Position numbers and translations under genes: made by a program. From Thermoplasmatota archaeon (lineage in GTDB: Archaea; Thermoplasmatota; Thermoplasmata; UBA10834): DNA of 64,000 nt. Positions 8,557 to 17,711 of the stretch are shown in pieces. The DNA lies in contig CAWFTI010000001.1 of assembly GCA_963818745.1 (NCBI GenBank), positions 156,422 to 220,421 on the forward strand, in the 5' to 3' direction. Each line of letters begins with the position of its first letter. Positions within the stretch are counted from its first letter, which is position 1. The notes beneath the pieces were generated by a model. It saw only the letters and a list, made by a program, of their open reading frames with translations. It was not told the origin of the DNA and did not search any database.

Positions 8557-10905
8557 TTGCGCTCTCGAAGGCTCGTGTTCTTCGAACACGAGCTTATCAA
8601 ACCTTCCAGCATCGAGCTCAGAGACTATCAGGTCAACATAGCTCATTCTGCAATGAAGGAGTCGACCCTTGTGGTCCTGCCCACGGGCATGGGCAAGACG
8701 GTCGTGGCGCTTTTCGTCATAGCCGAGACCCTCAGGACCATGCCTGGCAAGGTCCTGTTCATGGCCCCGACGAAGCCGCTGGTGGAGCAGCACGCGAAGT
8801 TCCTCAGGGAGCACCTGCTCGACTTCGAGCCGACCGTGTTCACGGGAGAGGTCAACCCGAGGGACAGGGAGGAGGACTGGAAGAAGGCCAGGGTCATCGT
8901 CTCCACGCCCCAGGTCATCGAGAACGACCTCGACGAGGGGAGGATAGACATGAAGGACATCGACCTGATCGTGTTCGACGAGGCGCACAGGGCGGTGGGG
9001 GACTACGCCTATGTCACCGTCGGGAAGAGGTACCTCGACACGGGGAAGCTGGCCCTGGGCATGACCGCATCCCCAGGCTCCGACGTGGCGAAGATAGCCG
9101 AGGTGTGCGAGAACCTGGGCATCACGGGCGTGGAGATAAGGTCCGAGCTCGACGAGGACGTTGTCAAGTACACCCAGGACGTGAAGGTGGAGTTCATCGG
9201 AGTGGACATGCCCGAGGGCATGTCCAGAGTCGTCTACCTGCTCCAGAGGCTGCTCGACGAGCAGGTCGCGAAGCTGCGCGGGTTCGGATACCTGGACCCG
9301 AAGAAGCCCCCGACGACGCGGGACCTCCTGGATGCGGGGAACGTCATCCGCGCGCACCTGACGTCCGGGAAGAAGTCACACCACCTGTTCAGGGCTGCTA
9401 GCTCCCAGGCCATGGCCATGAAGATCAACCACGGGATCGAGCTGGCTCAGACCCAGGGCAGGAGCGCGCTCGAATCCTACTTCGACAAGATAGTCAAGCA
9501 AGGGGAGGAGAAGGGGGGCTCGAAGGCGGCCAGGGACCTGGTGAAGGATGCGAGGTTCCAGCAGGCGAGGACTCTCCTGTACTCGATGGAGGGGGACCAT
9601 CCCAAGCTCGAGAAGATCGAGCCGATCCTGAAGGGGCAGTTCCTGTCGAAGCCCGACTCGAGGGCCATCGTGTTCACGCACTACAGGGACACGTGCGAGA
9701 CCCTGACCCAGAACCTCGGGAAGATACCAGGGCTCAGGCCCGTCAGGTTCGTCGGCCAGGCGAGCAAGGGAAAGGACATCGGGCTGAACCAGAAGGAGCA
9801 GAAGGAGGTCATCGAGAAGTTCCAGGCGGGGGAGTACAACGTGCTGGTGGCGACCTCCATCGCCGAGGAAGGGCTGGACATCCCCTCGACCGACCTCGTG
9901 GTGTTCTACGAGCCCGTGCCTTCCGAGGTAAGGACCATACAGAGGCGGGGCAGGACGGGCAGGAGGCGCGCGGGCAGGGTCATCGTGATGGTCACGCGGG
10001 ACACGAAGGACGAGGCGTACCTGTATTCCAGCAGGAAGAAGGAGCTCCAGATGCGAAGGGAGCTGGAGTCCCTGAGGAGGAAGCTGAGGGCAAGGAAGGG
10101 GCTCCCGGACGCACCCGCCCCGAAGACCGCCCTGACGAAGGCGAACCTGGAGGAGATGCTGACCCCCGACCTGCCCAGTGCGCAGGAGGAGCTCTCGAGG
10201 AAGGTCTCCGAGAAGAAGGGCCAGAGATCCCTGGGGCAGTTCGACAGGCGGAAGGACGCGGAGGCCGCGACGCTGGCCGTCTCTCCAAGAGTCGGACGTT
10301 CGACGCTCATGGAGGCTCTGACCGAAGCGGGGTTCGCACCCAGGGCTCAGGACCTGGAGGACGCTGACATCGTGGTCTCCGGCAGGGTCGCGGTGGCGCT
10401 GAGGACCGTGGACGAGTTCATCCGGGGCATCTCGGAGGGGACCCTCCAGGTCTCGCTCGCGAAGCTCAAGCACGAGTACCTACACCCGCTGCTGATCGTC
10501 CAGGGGCCGTCCCAGGGCGCCGGGGTCCAGGCGGGCAACGCGGCGGTGTACGACGCGCTCAGCACGCTCCTGTCGGAGTTCCACATGCCTGTCCTGTCGA
10601 CGTCGAACGCTTCCGAGACCGCGGCCATGGTCAGCTCGCTCAGAAGACAGGAGGAGGAGAAGGCCACGGGAAAGACTCGCTCGGTCCAGACATCCCTCGA
10701 TCCGGGGAGCAGGCAGATGTTCCTCGTGCAGGGCCTCCCGAACGTGTCCGCGACCCTGGCCCAGAGGCTGCTCGAGAGGTTCGGGAGCGTCAAGGGCATC
10801 GCGGACGCGAGTGTGGAGGAGCTGGCGGGGGTCGACGGAATCGGAAGGGTTATTGCGGAAAGGATTCATACTGTAATGAGGAAGAAATACAGGGAGGAGA
10901 GTTAG
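8557..10905 (+). CDS. hef: Hef/FANCM-like helicase with an ERCC4-like domain and (HhH)2
   Basis: 782 aa. SF2 motifs: LPTGMGKTVVA, FDEAHRA, MTASPG, ATSIAEEGLDIP, QRRGRTGR. The C-terminus has an ERCC4-like region and LVQGLPNVSATLAQRLLERFGSVKGIADASVEELAGVDGIG. The start (TTG at 8557) is uncertain. Confidence 0.88.
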   Translation: MRSRRLVFFEHELIKPSSIELRDYQVNIAHSAMKESTLVVLPTGMGKTVVALFVIAETLRTMPGKVLFMAPTKPLVEQHAKFLREHLLDFEPTVFTGEVNPRDREEDWKKARVIVSTPQVIENDLDEGRIDMKDIDLIVFDEAHRAVGDYAYVTVGKRYLDTGKLALGMTASPGSDVAKIAEVCENLGITGVEIRSELDEDVVKYTQDVKVEFIGVDMPEGMSRVVYLLQRLLDEQVAKLRGFGYLDPKKPPTTRDLLDAGNVIRAHLTSGKKSHHLFRAASSQAMAMKINHGIELAQTQGRSALESYFDKIVKQGEEKGGSKAARDLVKDARFQQARTLLYSMEGDHPKLEKIEPILKGQFLSKPDSRAIVFTHYRDTCETLTQNLGKIPGLRPVRFVGQASKGKDIGLNQKEQKEVIEKFQAGEYNVLVATSIAEEGLDIPSTDLVVFYEPVPSEVRTIQRRGRTGRRRAGRVIVMVTRDTKDEAYLYSSRKKELQMRRELESLRRKLRARKGLPDAPAPKTALTKANLEEMLTPDLPSAQEELSRKVSEKKGQRSLGQFDRRKDAEAATLAVSPRVGRSTLMEALTEAGFAPRAQDLEDADIVVSGRVAVALRTVDEFIRGISEGTLQVSLAKLKHEYLHPLLIVQGPSQGAGVQAGNAAVYDALSTLLSEFHMPVLSTSNASETAAMVSSLRRQEEEKATGKTRSVQTSLDPGSRQMFLVQGLPNVSATLAQRLLERFGSVKGIADASVEELAGVDGIGRVIAERIHTVMRKKYREES

Positions 10906-10906
10906 C

Positions 10907-11110
10907 ATGGCAACCAACAAATGCCCTCTGTGCGAGAGCCCTTGCATCATCAAGACCGTCGCCATGAAGGACGCTGATTGGTGCGAGGTCGATGTCTGCA
11001 AGATGTGCGGCACGATGTACCCCCGGGGGAAGATGATCTCAAAGAAGCCGAAGACGGCGCCGAGGACCCCGAAGAAGAAGGCCGAAGGGAAGAAAGGAAA
11101 GGGGAAGTGA
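10907..11110 (+). CDS. Small zinc-ribbon protein with a Lys-rich tail
   Basis: 67 aa, with CPLC...C...CKMC followed by KKPKTAPRTPKKKAEGKKGKGK. The ATG lies 1 nt after the hef stop (TAG C ATG), which suggests translational coupling. Confidence 0.5.
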   Translation: MATNKCPLCESPCIIKTVAMKDADWCEVDVCKMCGTMYPRGKMISKKPKTAPRTPKKKAEGKKGKGK

Positions 11111-11197
11111 CCGCGGGCCTCTGGCCATAGGCCGGCAACCTCTGGGCGGCGCAGTAATGTTTATGAACCCATTGCCCATAGAGGGCCGCCGAGAATC

Positions 11198-11473
11198 ATG
11201 GAGTTCAAGCTTCTCGAGAAGAAGAAGGACAGCATCAAGGTCCAGGTCTACAACGCCGATGAGACCCTGATCTATCCGTTGATACACGAGCTGCTCCAGG
11301 ACAAGAACGTAGATGACGCCAGGTACGTGACCGGGCACCCGCAGCTGGACAAGGCGATTCTGATTGTCAAGGTGAAGGAAGGGAAGCCCCAGGCCGCGCT
11401 GAAGAAGGCCGCGAAGTCCCTCTCGAACCAGTTCCTCGAGGCGAGGCAGCTGGTCGAGAAGCAGCTGGGCTGA
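11198..11473 (+). CDS. rpoL: DNA-directed RNA polymerase subunit L (Rpb11 homologue)
   Basis: 91 aa. MEFKLLEKKKDSIKVQVYNADETLIYPLIHELLQDKNVDDARYVTGHPQLDKAILIVKVKEGKPQAALKKA matches the RpoL pattern (...HT/ETL.N.L..EL....V.FA.Y...HP). Confidence 0.8.
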   Translation: MEFKLLEKKKDSIKVQVYNADETLIYPLIHELLQDKNVDDARYVTGHPQLDKAILIVKVKEGKPQAALKKAAKSLSNQFLEARQLVEKQLG

Positions 11474-11517
11474 GCCCAGGTAACGTTAATACCTACACTG
11501 GTCATTCTGCTGATTGC

Positions 11518-12798
11518 ATGAGAGATAGCGAGCTGGGCCTTGAGGTATTCCTGACGGGGGACATCCCCGGGATGGGCGGGAAGCTCAAGAGGGCCCCTGA
11601 GGATTTCATCGTCGACGAGATCTCGGTCCTCCCGACGGCGGCCGAGGACGGCAAGTACGTCATAGCCCGGGTCTGGCACAGGAACTGGGAGGCGAACAGG
11701 CTCGTCAGGAGGCTGGGCTCGAACCTGCATGTCAGCCGCTCGAGGATCGGCTTCGCCGGGACCAAGGACGGCAGGTCCGTGTCCACTCAGCTCATGTCGT
11801 TCGACGCACCGATCGAGCAGGTGAGGGCACTGACCATACCCGATGTGAAGATCATGGAGGCGTACACCGCCCGGCGCATGATATCGATCGGAGACCTCAT
11901 CGGGAACAGGTTCGAGATCAAGGTGGCGGAGATCGACCCCGCGACGGACGCGAAGGGGACCTGCGACCAGGTCACCGCCAGGCTCAACGAGGCCGGAGGG
12001 TTCCCCAACTTCTTCGGGGTCCAGCGGTTCGGGACGATCAGGCCGATAACCCACCTGATCGGGAAGGACCTGGTCAATGGGGACGTCGAAGGGGCAGTGA
12101 TGCGCTACATCGCCAACCCGCTGGGGGACGGGTCGGATGTGGACGTCGCGAGGAAGAACCTGCAGGAGACGAGGGACTTCGAGAGGGCGTTCAGGGAGTA
12201 TCCGATGAAGCTGACCTTCGAGAGGATGATGATCGACCAACTCAGAGGCCACCCCGAGGACTTCATAGGCGCTCTTCGAAGGCTCCCGAGCAACCTCCTG
12301 ATGATGTTCGTCCACGCCTACCAGTCATACCTGTTCAACCAGACTCTGAGCGAGAGGATGAGGAGGGGGTTGCCCATAGGCGTGCCCCAGGTGGGCGACC
12401 TCGTGCTGCCTCTGGACAAGCTAGGCCTGCCGGACCACGACAACCCCATAGAGGTCACTGAGGACAACGTCGATAAGGCCAGGAGGAACGCCAAGGAAGG
12501 GAAGGCGTTCGTCAGCGGTCTGATATTCGGTTCCCAATCACAGTTCGCGGGCGGACAGATGGGCGAGATCGAGAGGGCCATCGTGGAAAGGGAGGGGATC
12601 GCCGGTCCCGACTTCGAGATAGTGGGGCTGAGGGAGGCTTCCTCGAAGGGCACCAGGAGAGAGCTGCTCGCCCCCTTCAAGGGCCTCCTGGTCACCGTGG
12701 ACGGCACCGATGTGATGTTCAGGTTCTCGCTCAACAAGGGATGCTACGCGACCAGCATGCTCAGGGAGTACATGAAGGCCGATGTCGGCCAATATTAA
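11518..12798 (+). CDS. truD: tRNA pseudouridine synthase TruD/Pus7 family
   Basis: 426 aa. PEDFIVDEI, GFAGTKDGRSVSTQ (catalytic Asp), NFFGVQRFG. Confidence 0.88.
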   Translation: MRDSELGLEVFLTGDIPGMGGKLKRAPEDFIVDEISVLPTAAEDGKYVIARVWHRNWEANRLVRRLGSNLHVSRSRIGFAGTKDGRSVSTQLMSFDAPIEQVRALTIPDVKIMEAYTARRMISIGDLIGNRFEIKVAEIDPATDAKGTCDQVTARLNEAGGFPNFFGVQRFGTIRPITHLIGKDLVNGDVEGAVMRYIANPLGDGSDVDVARKNLQETRDFERAFREYPMKLTFERMMIDQLRGHPEDFIGALRRLPSNLLMMFVHAYQSYLFNQTLSERMRRGLPIGVPQVGDLVLPLDKLGLPDHDNPIEVTEDNVDKARRNAKEGKAFVSGLIFGSQSQFAGGQMGEIERAIVEREGIAGPDFEIVGLREASSKGTRRELLAPFKGLLVTVDGTDVMFRFSLNKGCYATSMLREYMKADVGQY

Positions 12799-12856
12799 TT
12801 GATTCAGTAAATTATAAAAATAGTCGAATATTGTATTGAGGGTCGATCCCCGGCCC

Positions 12857-14292
12857 TCAGGAGCGCTTCGCGACCGACTTGATGTACTCCACCATCTTCC
12901 TGTCGACCGCGGGGTCGAGCGGAACCTCGATCCTGTGGTCCTTCAGGATCTGCGCGGCCCTCTTTCTCGCCTTGACGACGATGTCCTTCTCATCCCCCTG
13001 GGAGTCCCAGGCTGACCGGGAACCTCTCCAGAACGAGCTGGGGACGTAGCCCTCCTTTCTGAAATGCCTGAGCGTGTGAGGGCTGCTCAGGAACCCTCCA
13101 GACATGCCCGCGGCAGCGATCACATCGACCGCCAGGGTCTCCTCGGTCACATCGACCCCTGCGAGGATTCTCTTGACCTCGCCGCAGACATCGTTGTCGA
13201 GGACGAGCTTGGCATAGCTCGCAGTGAGGCTGGATTCGATGCTACCAGCAGCGTCGTACACGAGATCCAGGCCCGCCATTCCCGCCATGAGCATGGTGGT
13301 GGCCGTCTCGACACCGGACTGGTAATCGGCAATCATAGCCTCCGTGTTGCCGCCAGTCCCCCTGATCGGCATCCTGTAGTGTCTCGCCAGCTGAGCGGCT
13401 CCTGCCATGATGAGCCCGACCTCGGGCGCGCCCAAGGCGATCGAGCCCGTCCGCATGTCCATCATGCCAGAGACCGTGCTGTACAGCGACGGAGCACCCC
13501 TCTTGGCCAGTTGGGCGACGGCGACGGACGCGAGGACCTCGACGTTCTGCTGGACGAGCAGGCCGGCGATGGTCGCGGGAGACGTCCCGCCGGCCATGCA
13601 CTCGGGGGGATAGCACGTAGGCTGTCCGGCCCTCGCATACACGATAAGGCCCTCGGTCGTCTCCTTCGACAGAGTGAGCGGGCTCACCGGGTTGGCGAAC
13701 CCCAGGACCATGGGCCGTCGCGGCGAGTTCGTCCCTCCCTCCGGCGACGATCGCGGCGAGGTCGATCGACTGCTCGGTGGGGGTCTTGCCCCAGTTCCAG
13801 CCATCCATCGTCTTCATCGAGTGCTTGAACCCCAGATATATCTCCTGAAGAGGGCCTATGGATTCCGGCACGTCCCTGGGCCAGCATACCCACGACGAAT
13901 GATCTATGTGCGGGAGCGCGTCCGTGAGCCTGAAGAAGTTCTCGGAGTCCTTGACGGTCGAGGGCCTCACGACGCCGTCCAATCCCTCCACCTGGACAGG
14001 GGTGCCCACGCTGCTCAGGTGCACCTTGCCCTCACCGAAGGCGATCTCGTGCTTCCCGTCCCTGCCGTGGAGCTTGAACTTGCTGGGTGCGCTTGAGATG
14101 GAATCCCTGAGCACCCGCTCGGGGATCTTGACGATGCTGGTCTTCTTGTCGAGATTCAGCGCCTGCAGATACCAGCAGGCTGGCCGCTTCCCGCTCCAGG
14201 ACCCTGATGCCAGTGCTCTCGAACACTCTTACCGTGGCGGAATCGATCTTCTCTATATCGGCCCTTGAGAACGGCTCGTACCTCGCGACCAT
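12857..14292 (-). pseudogene. MttB-superfamily (trimethylamine/quaternary-amine:corrinoid) methyltransferase, split over three frames
   Basis: N-terminus: MVARYEPFSRADIEKIDSATVRVFESTGIRVLEREAASLLVSAG. A break at about 14158-14166 leads into LNLDKKTSIVKIPERVLRDSISSAPSKF...IDLAAIVAGGRDEL. A second break at about 13716-13726 leads into RRPMVLGFANPVSPLTLSKETTEGLIVYARAGQP...HTLRHFRKE. Both breaks are frame changes, not in-frame UAG codons. Confidence 0.8.
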
Positions 14293-14330
14293 GCGGACCC
14301 CAACCTCCTTTGTAGGAATGGAACCGGTAA

Positions 14331-14525
14331 ATGCCACGGCCGCTATCTAGTTTCGTGAAGAAGAGGAGAAAAGACACAGTCCTCACGTGCCCCCAGTGCG
14401 GCTCCGCGGACCTGTACTACGAGACCGCGCTGATCACCGGCTACAAGTACCACTGCAAGAAGTGCAACTACATCGGGGCTTTCGTGGTCGAGAAGGATAT
14501 GGAAGAGAGCGACGCGAAGAAATAA
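14331..14525 (+). CDS. Small zinc-ribbon protein
   Basis: CPQCGS...x22...CKKC. The real start is possibly GTG at 14355. It is divergent from the MttB-like gene. Confidence 0.45.
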   Translation: MPRPLSSFVKKRRKDTVLTCPQCGSADLYYETALITGYKYHCKKCNYIGAFVVEKDMEESDAKK

Positions 14526-14555
14526 TCTCCGCGGTCGCCTGTCGATGTGGTTTCC

Positions 14556-15779
14556 TTACGCGAACATCGGGCCCGATTCCATGCCCTTCTGGACGCATTC
14601 CTCAAGGACCTTGTTTATGGCCTTCTCGAAGTCCGCCGCGGTCACGTAGTCCCTGTTCTCGCGGATCGCGAACATGCCCGCCTCTGTGCACACCGCCTTG
14701 ATGTCCGCACCCGTCGCGCCCTCGGATTTCGCAGCGAGGTCGTCGACGTTGACCGATTCCTCGAGGTTCATGCGCCGCGAGTGTATCTTGAATATCGCTA
14801 CCCTGGACTCCAGGTTCGGGATGGGTATCTCGATGATCCTGTCGAACCTGCCCGGCCTGAGGAGCGCCTCGTCGAGTATGTCCGGCCTGTTGGTCGCGCC
14901 GATGATCTTGACCTCGCCCAGCGGGTTGAACCCGTCGAGTTCCGCGAGTATCTGCATCAGAGTCCTCTGGACCTCGCGGTCGCCGGAGGTCGCGAGATCG
15001 AGCCGCTTCGCGCCCACGCTGTCCAGCTCGTCTATGAACACTATCGACGGGGCCTTCTGCCTGGCCAGGTCGAACAGCTCCCTGACCAGCCTCGCGCCCT
15101 CACCTATGTACTTCTGAACGAGCTCTGAACCGACGAACCTGATGAACGTGGCATTGGTCTGCCTCGCGACAGCCTTCGCGAGGAGCGTCTTGCCAGTACC
15201 CGGGGGACCGACCAAGAGGACGCCCTTCGGCGGGTCTATCCCGACCTTCTTGTAGAGTTCGGGCCTGAGGAGCGGGTCCTCGACCGCCTCGCGTATCTCA
15301 AGGATCTGGTCCGCGAGCCCGCCGATCTCCTCGTAGCTGATCTCCGGTTTCGAAATGATCTCGGCGCCGACCACGATCGGGTCCAACGACGGCGGCAGGA
15401 CGCCCATGACTGCCAATGTCTGCTTGTTGAGTGCGACCCTGGCTCCCGCCTCTAGGAGCTCGGGGGCGACGTAGTCCGAAGTGCTTACGACGAAGTCCGG
15501 GCCCGTGGAGCTCTTCACGACGACCCTGCCGTCCGCGAGCACATCCTTGATCTGCCCTATGATGAGCGGCGGGGCCTTCAATCGCTCGAGCTCCGCCTTG
15601 AGCCTCTTCAGCTCCTTCTGCAGCCGGATCAGCTCGCCCTCTGCGAACCTCTTCTCGCCCTCTACCCGTCGGGATTCCTCGACGAGCTCGAGGTTCCGTT
15701 CCTCAAGGACCGAAATCCGTCGATGAATCTCGTCGTACATTTCGGTCGTCTGCTCGTTTGACAATTTATTGCACCCCAT
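14556..15779 (-). CDS. pan: Proteasome-activating nucleotidase (AAA+ ATPase)
   Basis: 407 aa. N-terminal coiled coil ([19 protein letters not shown]), OB region, Walker [16 protein letters not shown], Walker B IVFIDELD, and a C-terminal hydrophobic-aromatic-X tail (MFA). Confidence 0.93.
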   Translation of the reverse strand: MGCNKLSNEQTTEMYDEIHRRISVLEERNLELVEESRRVEGEKRFAEGELIRLQKELKRLKAELERLKAPPLIIGQIKDVLADGRVVVKSSTGPDFVVSTSDYVAPELLEAGARVALNKQTLAVMGVLPPSLDPIVVGAEIISKPEISYEEIGGLADQILEIREAVEDPLLRPELYKKVGIDPPKGVLLVGPPGTGKTLLAKAVARQTNATFIRFVGSELVQKYIGEGARLVRELFDLARQKAPSIVFIDELDSVGAKRLDLATSGDREVQRTLMQILAELDGFNPLGEVKIIGATNRPDILDEALLRPGRFDRIIEIPIPNLESRVAIFKIHSRRMNLEESVNVDDLAAKSEGATGADIKAVCTEAGMFAIRENRDYVTAADFEKAINKVLEECVQKGMESGPMFA

Positions 15780-15855
15780 TTATTTTTGTCTCTCCCGAGC
15801 TGGTATGTAATAAGGTTAAATACTCTATTTATCCTTTGCTGACCTGCTCGGCAGT

Positions 15856-16359
15856 GTGATTTTGATGCTCTGTGAGATGTGCGGAAAACAGGTCACCTTC
15901 TGTAAGAAGGTGATGATAGAGGGAGTGCATCTTGAAGTTTGCTCCGAATGCGCAAAATTCGGCAAAGAGCAGAACAAGCCGAAGGACCCCGCCGAGGCTG
16001 CCCCGAAACCCATCATCGTGCAGAGGCTCGAAGTGAGGGAGAAGAGGAGCAAGCCGATGGACATTCTAGAGAAGGTCGAGAGGGACGATCTCGTCGACGA
16101 TTACCCCGCGCGGATTCGCAACGCCCGTTCGAAGGTCGGGATGTCGCAGAAGGACCTCGCGATGAAGATCAACGAGAAGCTCGGGCTGATCCAGAAGATA
16201 GAGACGGGCGACATGAAGCCGGACGAGAAGCTCATCACGAAGCTGCATAAGGAGCTCGGGGTAGTCCTCAAGGAGAAGGTGACCGAGATACCGGTGGAGA
16301 AAGCCACTGGGTCCAGGTCGCTGACGCTGGCTGACCTGATAAAGAGAAATGAAAAGTGA
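15856..16359 (+). CDS. mbf1: Archaeal multiprotein-bridging factor 1 (zinc ribbon plus HTH)
   Basis: CEMCG...CSECAKFG zinc ribbon, then a Cro/C1-type HTH (IRNARSKVGMSQKDLAMKINEKLGLIQKIETG). The start could be an ATG a few codons downstream. Confidence 0.85.
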   Translation: MILMLCEMCGKQVTFCKKVMIEGVHLEVCSECAKFGKEQNKPKDPAEAAPKPIIVQRLEVREKRSKPMDILEKVERDDLVDDYPARIRNARSKVGMSQKDLAMKINEKLGLIQKIETGDMKPDEKLITKLHKELGVVLKEKVTEIPVEKATGSRSLTLADLIKRNEK

Positions 16360-16374
16360 CCGGGCAGAGGGCGC

Positions 16375-16863
16375 TCACCTGACGGGCGCTTCCCTTCCCA
16401 GTATCTCCGATGCCGCGCGCTCGATATAGGCGTTGTCTATCGACAGACCGTAGTCGGAGGCCACCAGCAAGGCCGCGGGCCCGACGTCGATGCCCAGCAT
16501 CTCCTGCTTCTTGTTGACCTTCGAAACGACCTCGCGCTTGGGAACCGACCTCGTCTTCACGATCTTCTCGACGATCTCCGAGAAGAGGTCTCGGTTCTGC
16601 CTCGCGGTCTCCTGGAAGACCTCCTTCGGAGGTCTGTAGTCCAGCGGGACCTCGATGCTCGCGCAGTCGAATGTGGGTGTGAGGTTTCCGTTCTTGCGCT
16701 CCAGGTATCCCCCTGACAAACCCGCGTCGAGAAGCTTCTGCGCCTCCTTCGGCGGGAACCATCTGAGGTCCATCGAGGCAGAGAACACGAATTCACGCTC
16801 TGTCAGGAGCTCCTTCCCCTTCCTCCTGAACAGTACTGCGATGCTCCTCTGAAGCTCACTCAT
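16375..16863 (-). CDS. DUF2240-family archaeal protein
   Basis: MSELQRSIAVLFRRKGKELLTEREFVFSASMDLRWFPPKEAQKLLDAGLSGGYLERKNGNLTPTFD resembles the DUF2240 N-terminal signature. I chose the ATG at 16863, which overlaps the upstream gene stop by 8 nt. Confidence 0.6.
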   Translation of the reverse strand: MSELQRSIAVLFRRKGKELLTEREFVFSASMDLRWFPPKEAQKLLDAGLSGGYLERKNGNLTPTFDCASIEVPLDYRPPKEVFQETARQNRDLFSEIVEKIVKTRSVPKREVVSKVNKKQEMLGIDVGPAALLVASDYGLSIDNAYIERAASEILGREAPVR

Positions 16864-17392
16864 CCCTAACCAAGCTCCCGAAATCCTCCGATACGATGTA
16901 GTCCACACCGAGCTCCTCCATGCGGACGCGCTCGGACACCGATGCGAAGACCCCGAGCTTGAACGCGAGTTGCCGCTTCGCCTCGGCAGCCTCCTCAGCT
17001 AGATCCCGCGGGACCAGGATATCGGCCACACCGATCTCCTTGATGTCCCGAGCGAGGTCGAGGAAGGCCCTGCCAGCAACAGCGGGGTCAAAACTCACGA
17101 TCCCATCCCGGATGTCTACTTTGAATGTAATGTTCTCGGACAGCTTAAAGGCTCCTCTCAAGTCATCGAGCGAGGACAGAGTCGCGCTGCCGATCACCGC
17201 TCTTTCCGCACCCGCGATGAACACGTCGATCACGTTCTGCGAGAAACGCACGCCCGCCTCGTACAACGTCGGGATCTCCTCGCATATCTCCTGCGCGACG
17301 TCGAGTTGCGGTTTGTTCTTGACGATGCCGTCCTCGTCCTCGACGTAGAGCATCTCGAAATTGCCTGCGAGCTTTGAGGCGAAATCGCTCAT
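16856..17392 (-). CDS. Hypothetical protein, possibly a HisA/HisF-like half-barrel
   Basis: The ORF is open to 17638, but sequence that looks like real protein begins at MSDFASKLAGNFEMLYVEDEDGIV. Blocks such as VFIAGAERAVIGSATLSSLDDL and GVADILVPRD resemble HisA/F strands. The start is uncertain (17392, 17422 or 17461). Confidence 0.35.
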   Translation of the reverse strand: MSDFASKLAGNFEMLYVEDEDGIVKNKPQLDVAQEICEEIPTLYEAGVRFSQNVIDVFIAGAERAVIGSATLSSLDDLRGAFKLSENITFKVDIRDGIVSFDPAVAGRAFLDLARDIKEIGVADILVPRDLAEEAAEAKRQLAFKLGVFASVSERVRMEELGVDYIVSEDFGSLVRDE

Positions 17393-17618
17393 CGACCCGC
17401 GCGGGTGCGACCGTCTCAACATCGTGCGCGGCTCTAACTTCAAATGTGGAAGGACCTTCATGGACAAGGGGGCGCAGAAGGCCTCATTAGTAGATAAATG
17501 ATGCGAGGTGGCGACCCTAGACCCGCACAGAACCGCGCCCACGTCCCTGTTGGCACTCGCGCGGGCGAACGGGCCATCTGGGTGGCCTCCAAAACCCTGT
17601 CCCCGTACGCAGTAACGC

Positions 17619-17625
17619 TTATATA
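17619..17625 (+). promoter_or_regulatory. Putative TATA element in the thermosome upstream region
   Basis: TTATATA lies inside an otherwise GC-rich 320-nt spacer, about 90 nt upstream of the thermosome ATG (17712). It is nearly palindromic, so it could serve either strand. Confidence 0.25.
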
Positions 17626-17711
17626 GAAGCTCTGACATATGATAGAACCTGGACCCCCGATTATTCGGGTATCTGTCCGGAAAGCCAGTTCAGTTGAAAT
17701 GGAGGTATGAA

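Noticed and set aside
12857-14337. Possible in-frame UAG (pyrrolysine) read-through in the interrupted MttB-like gene
   Set aside because: The three coding segments are in three different frames, so the interruptions are indels, not stop codons. TAG is also a common genuine stop in this window.
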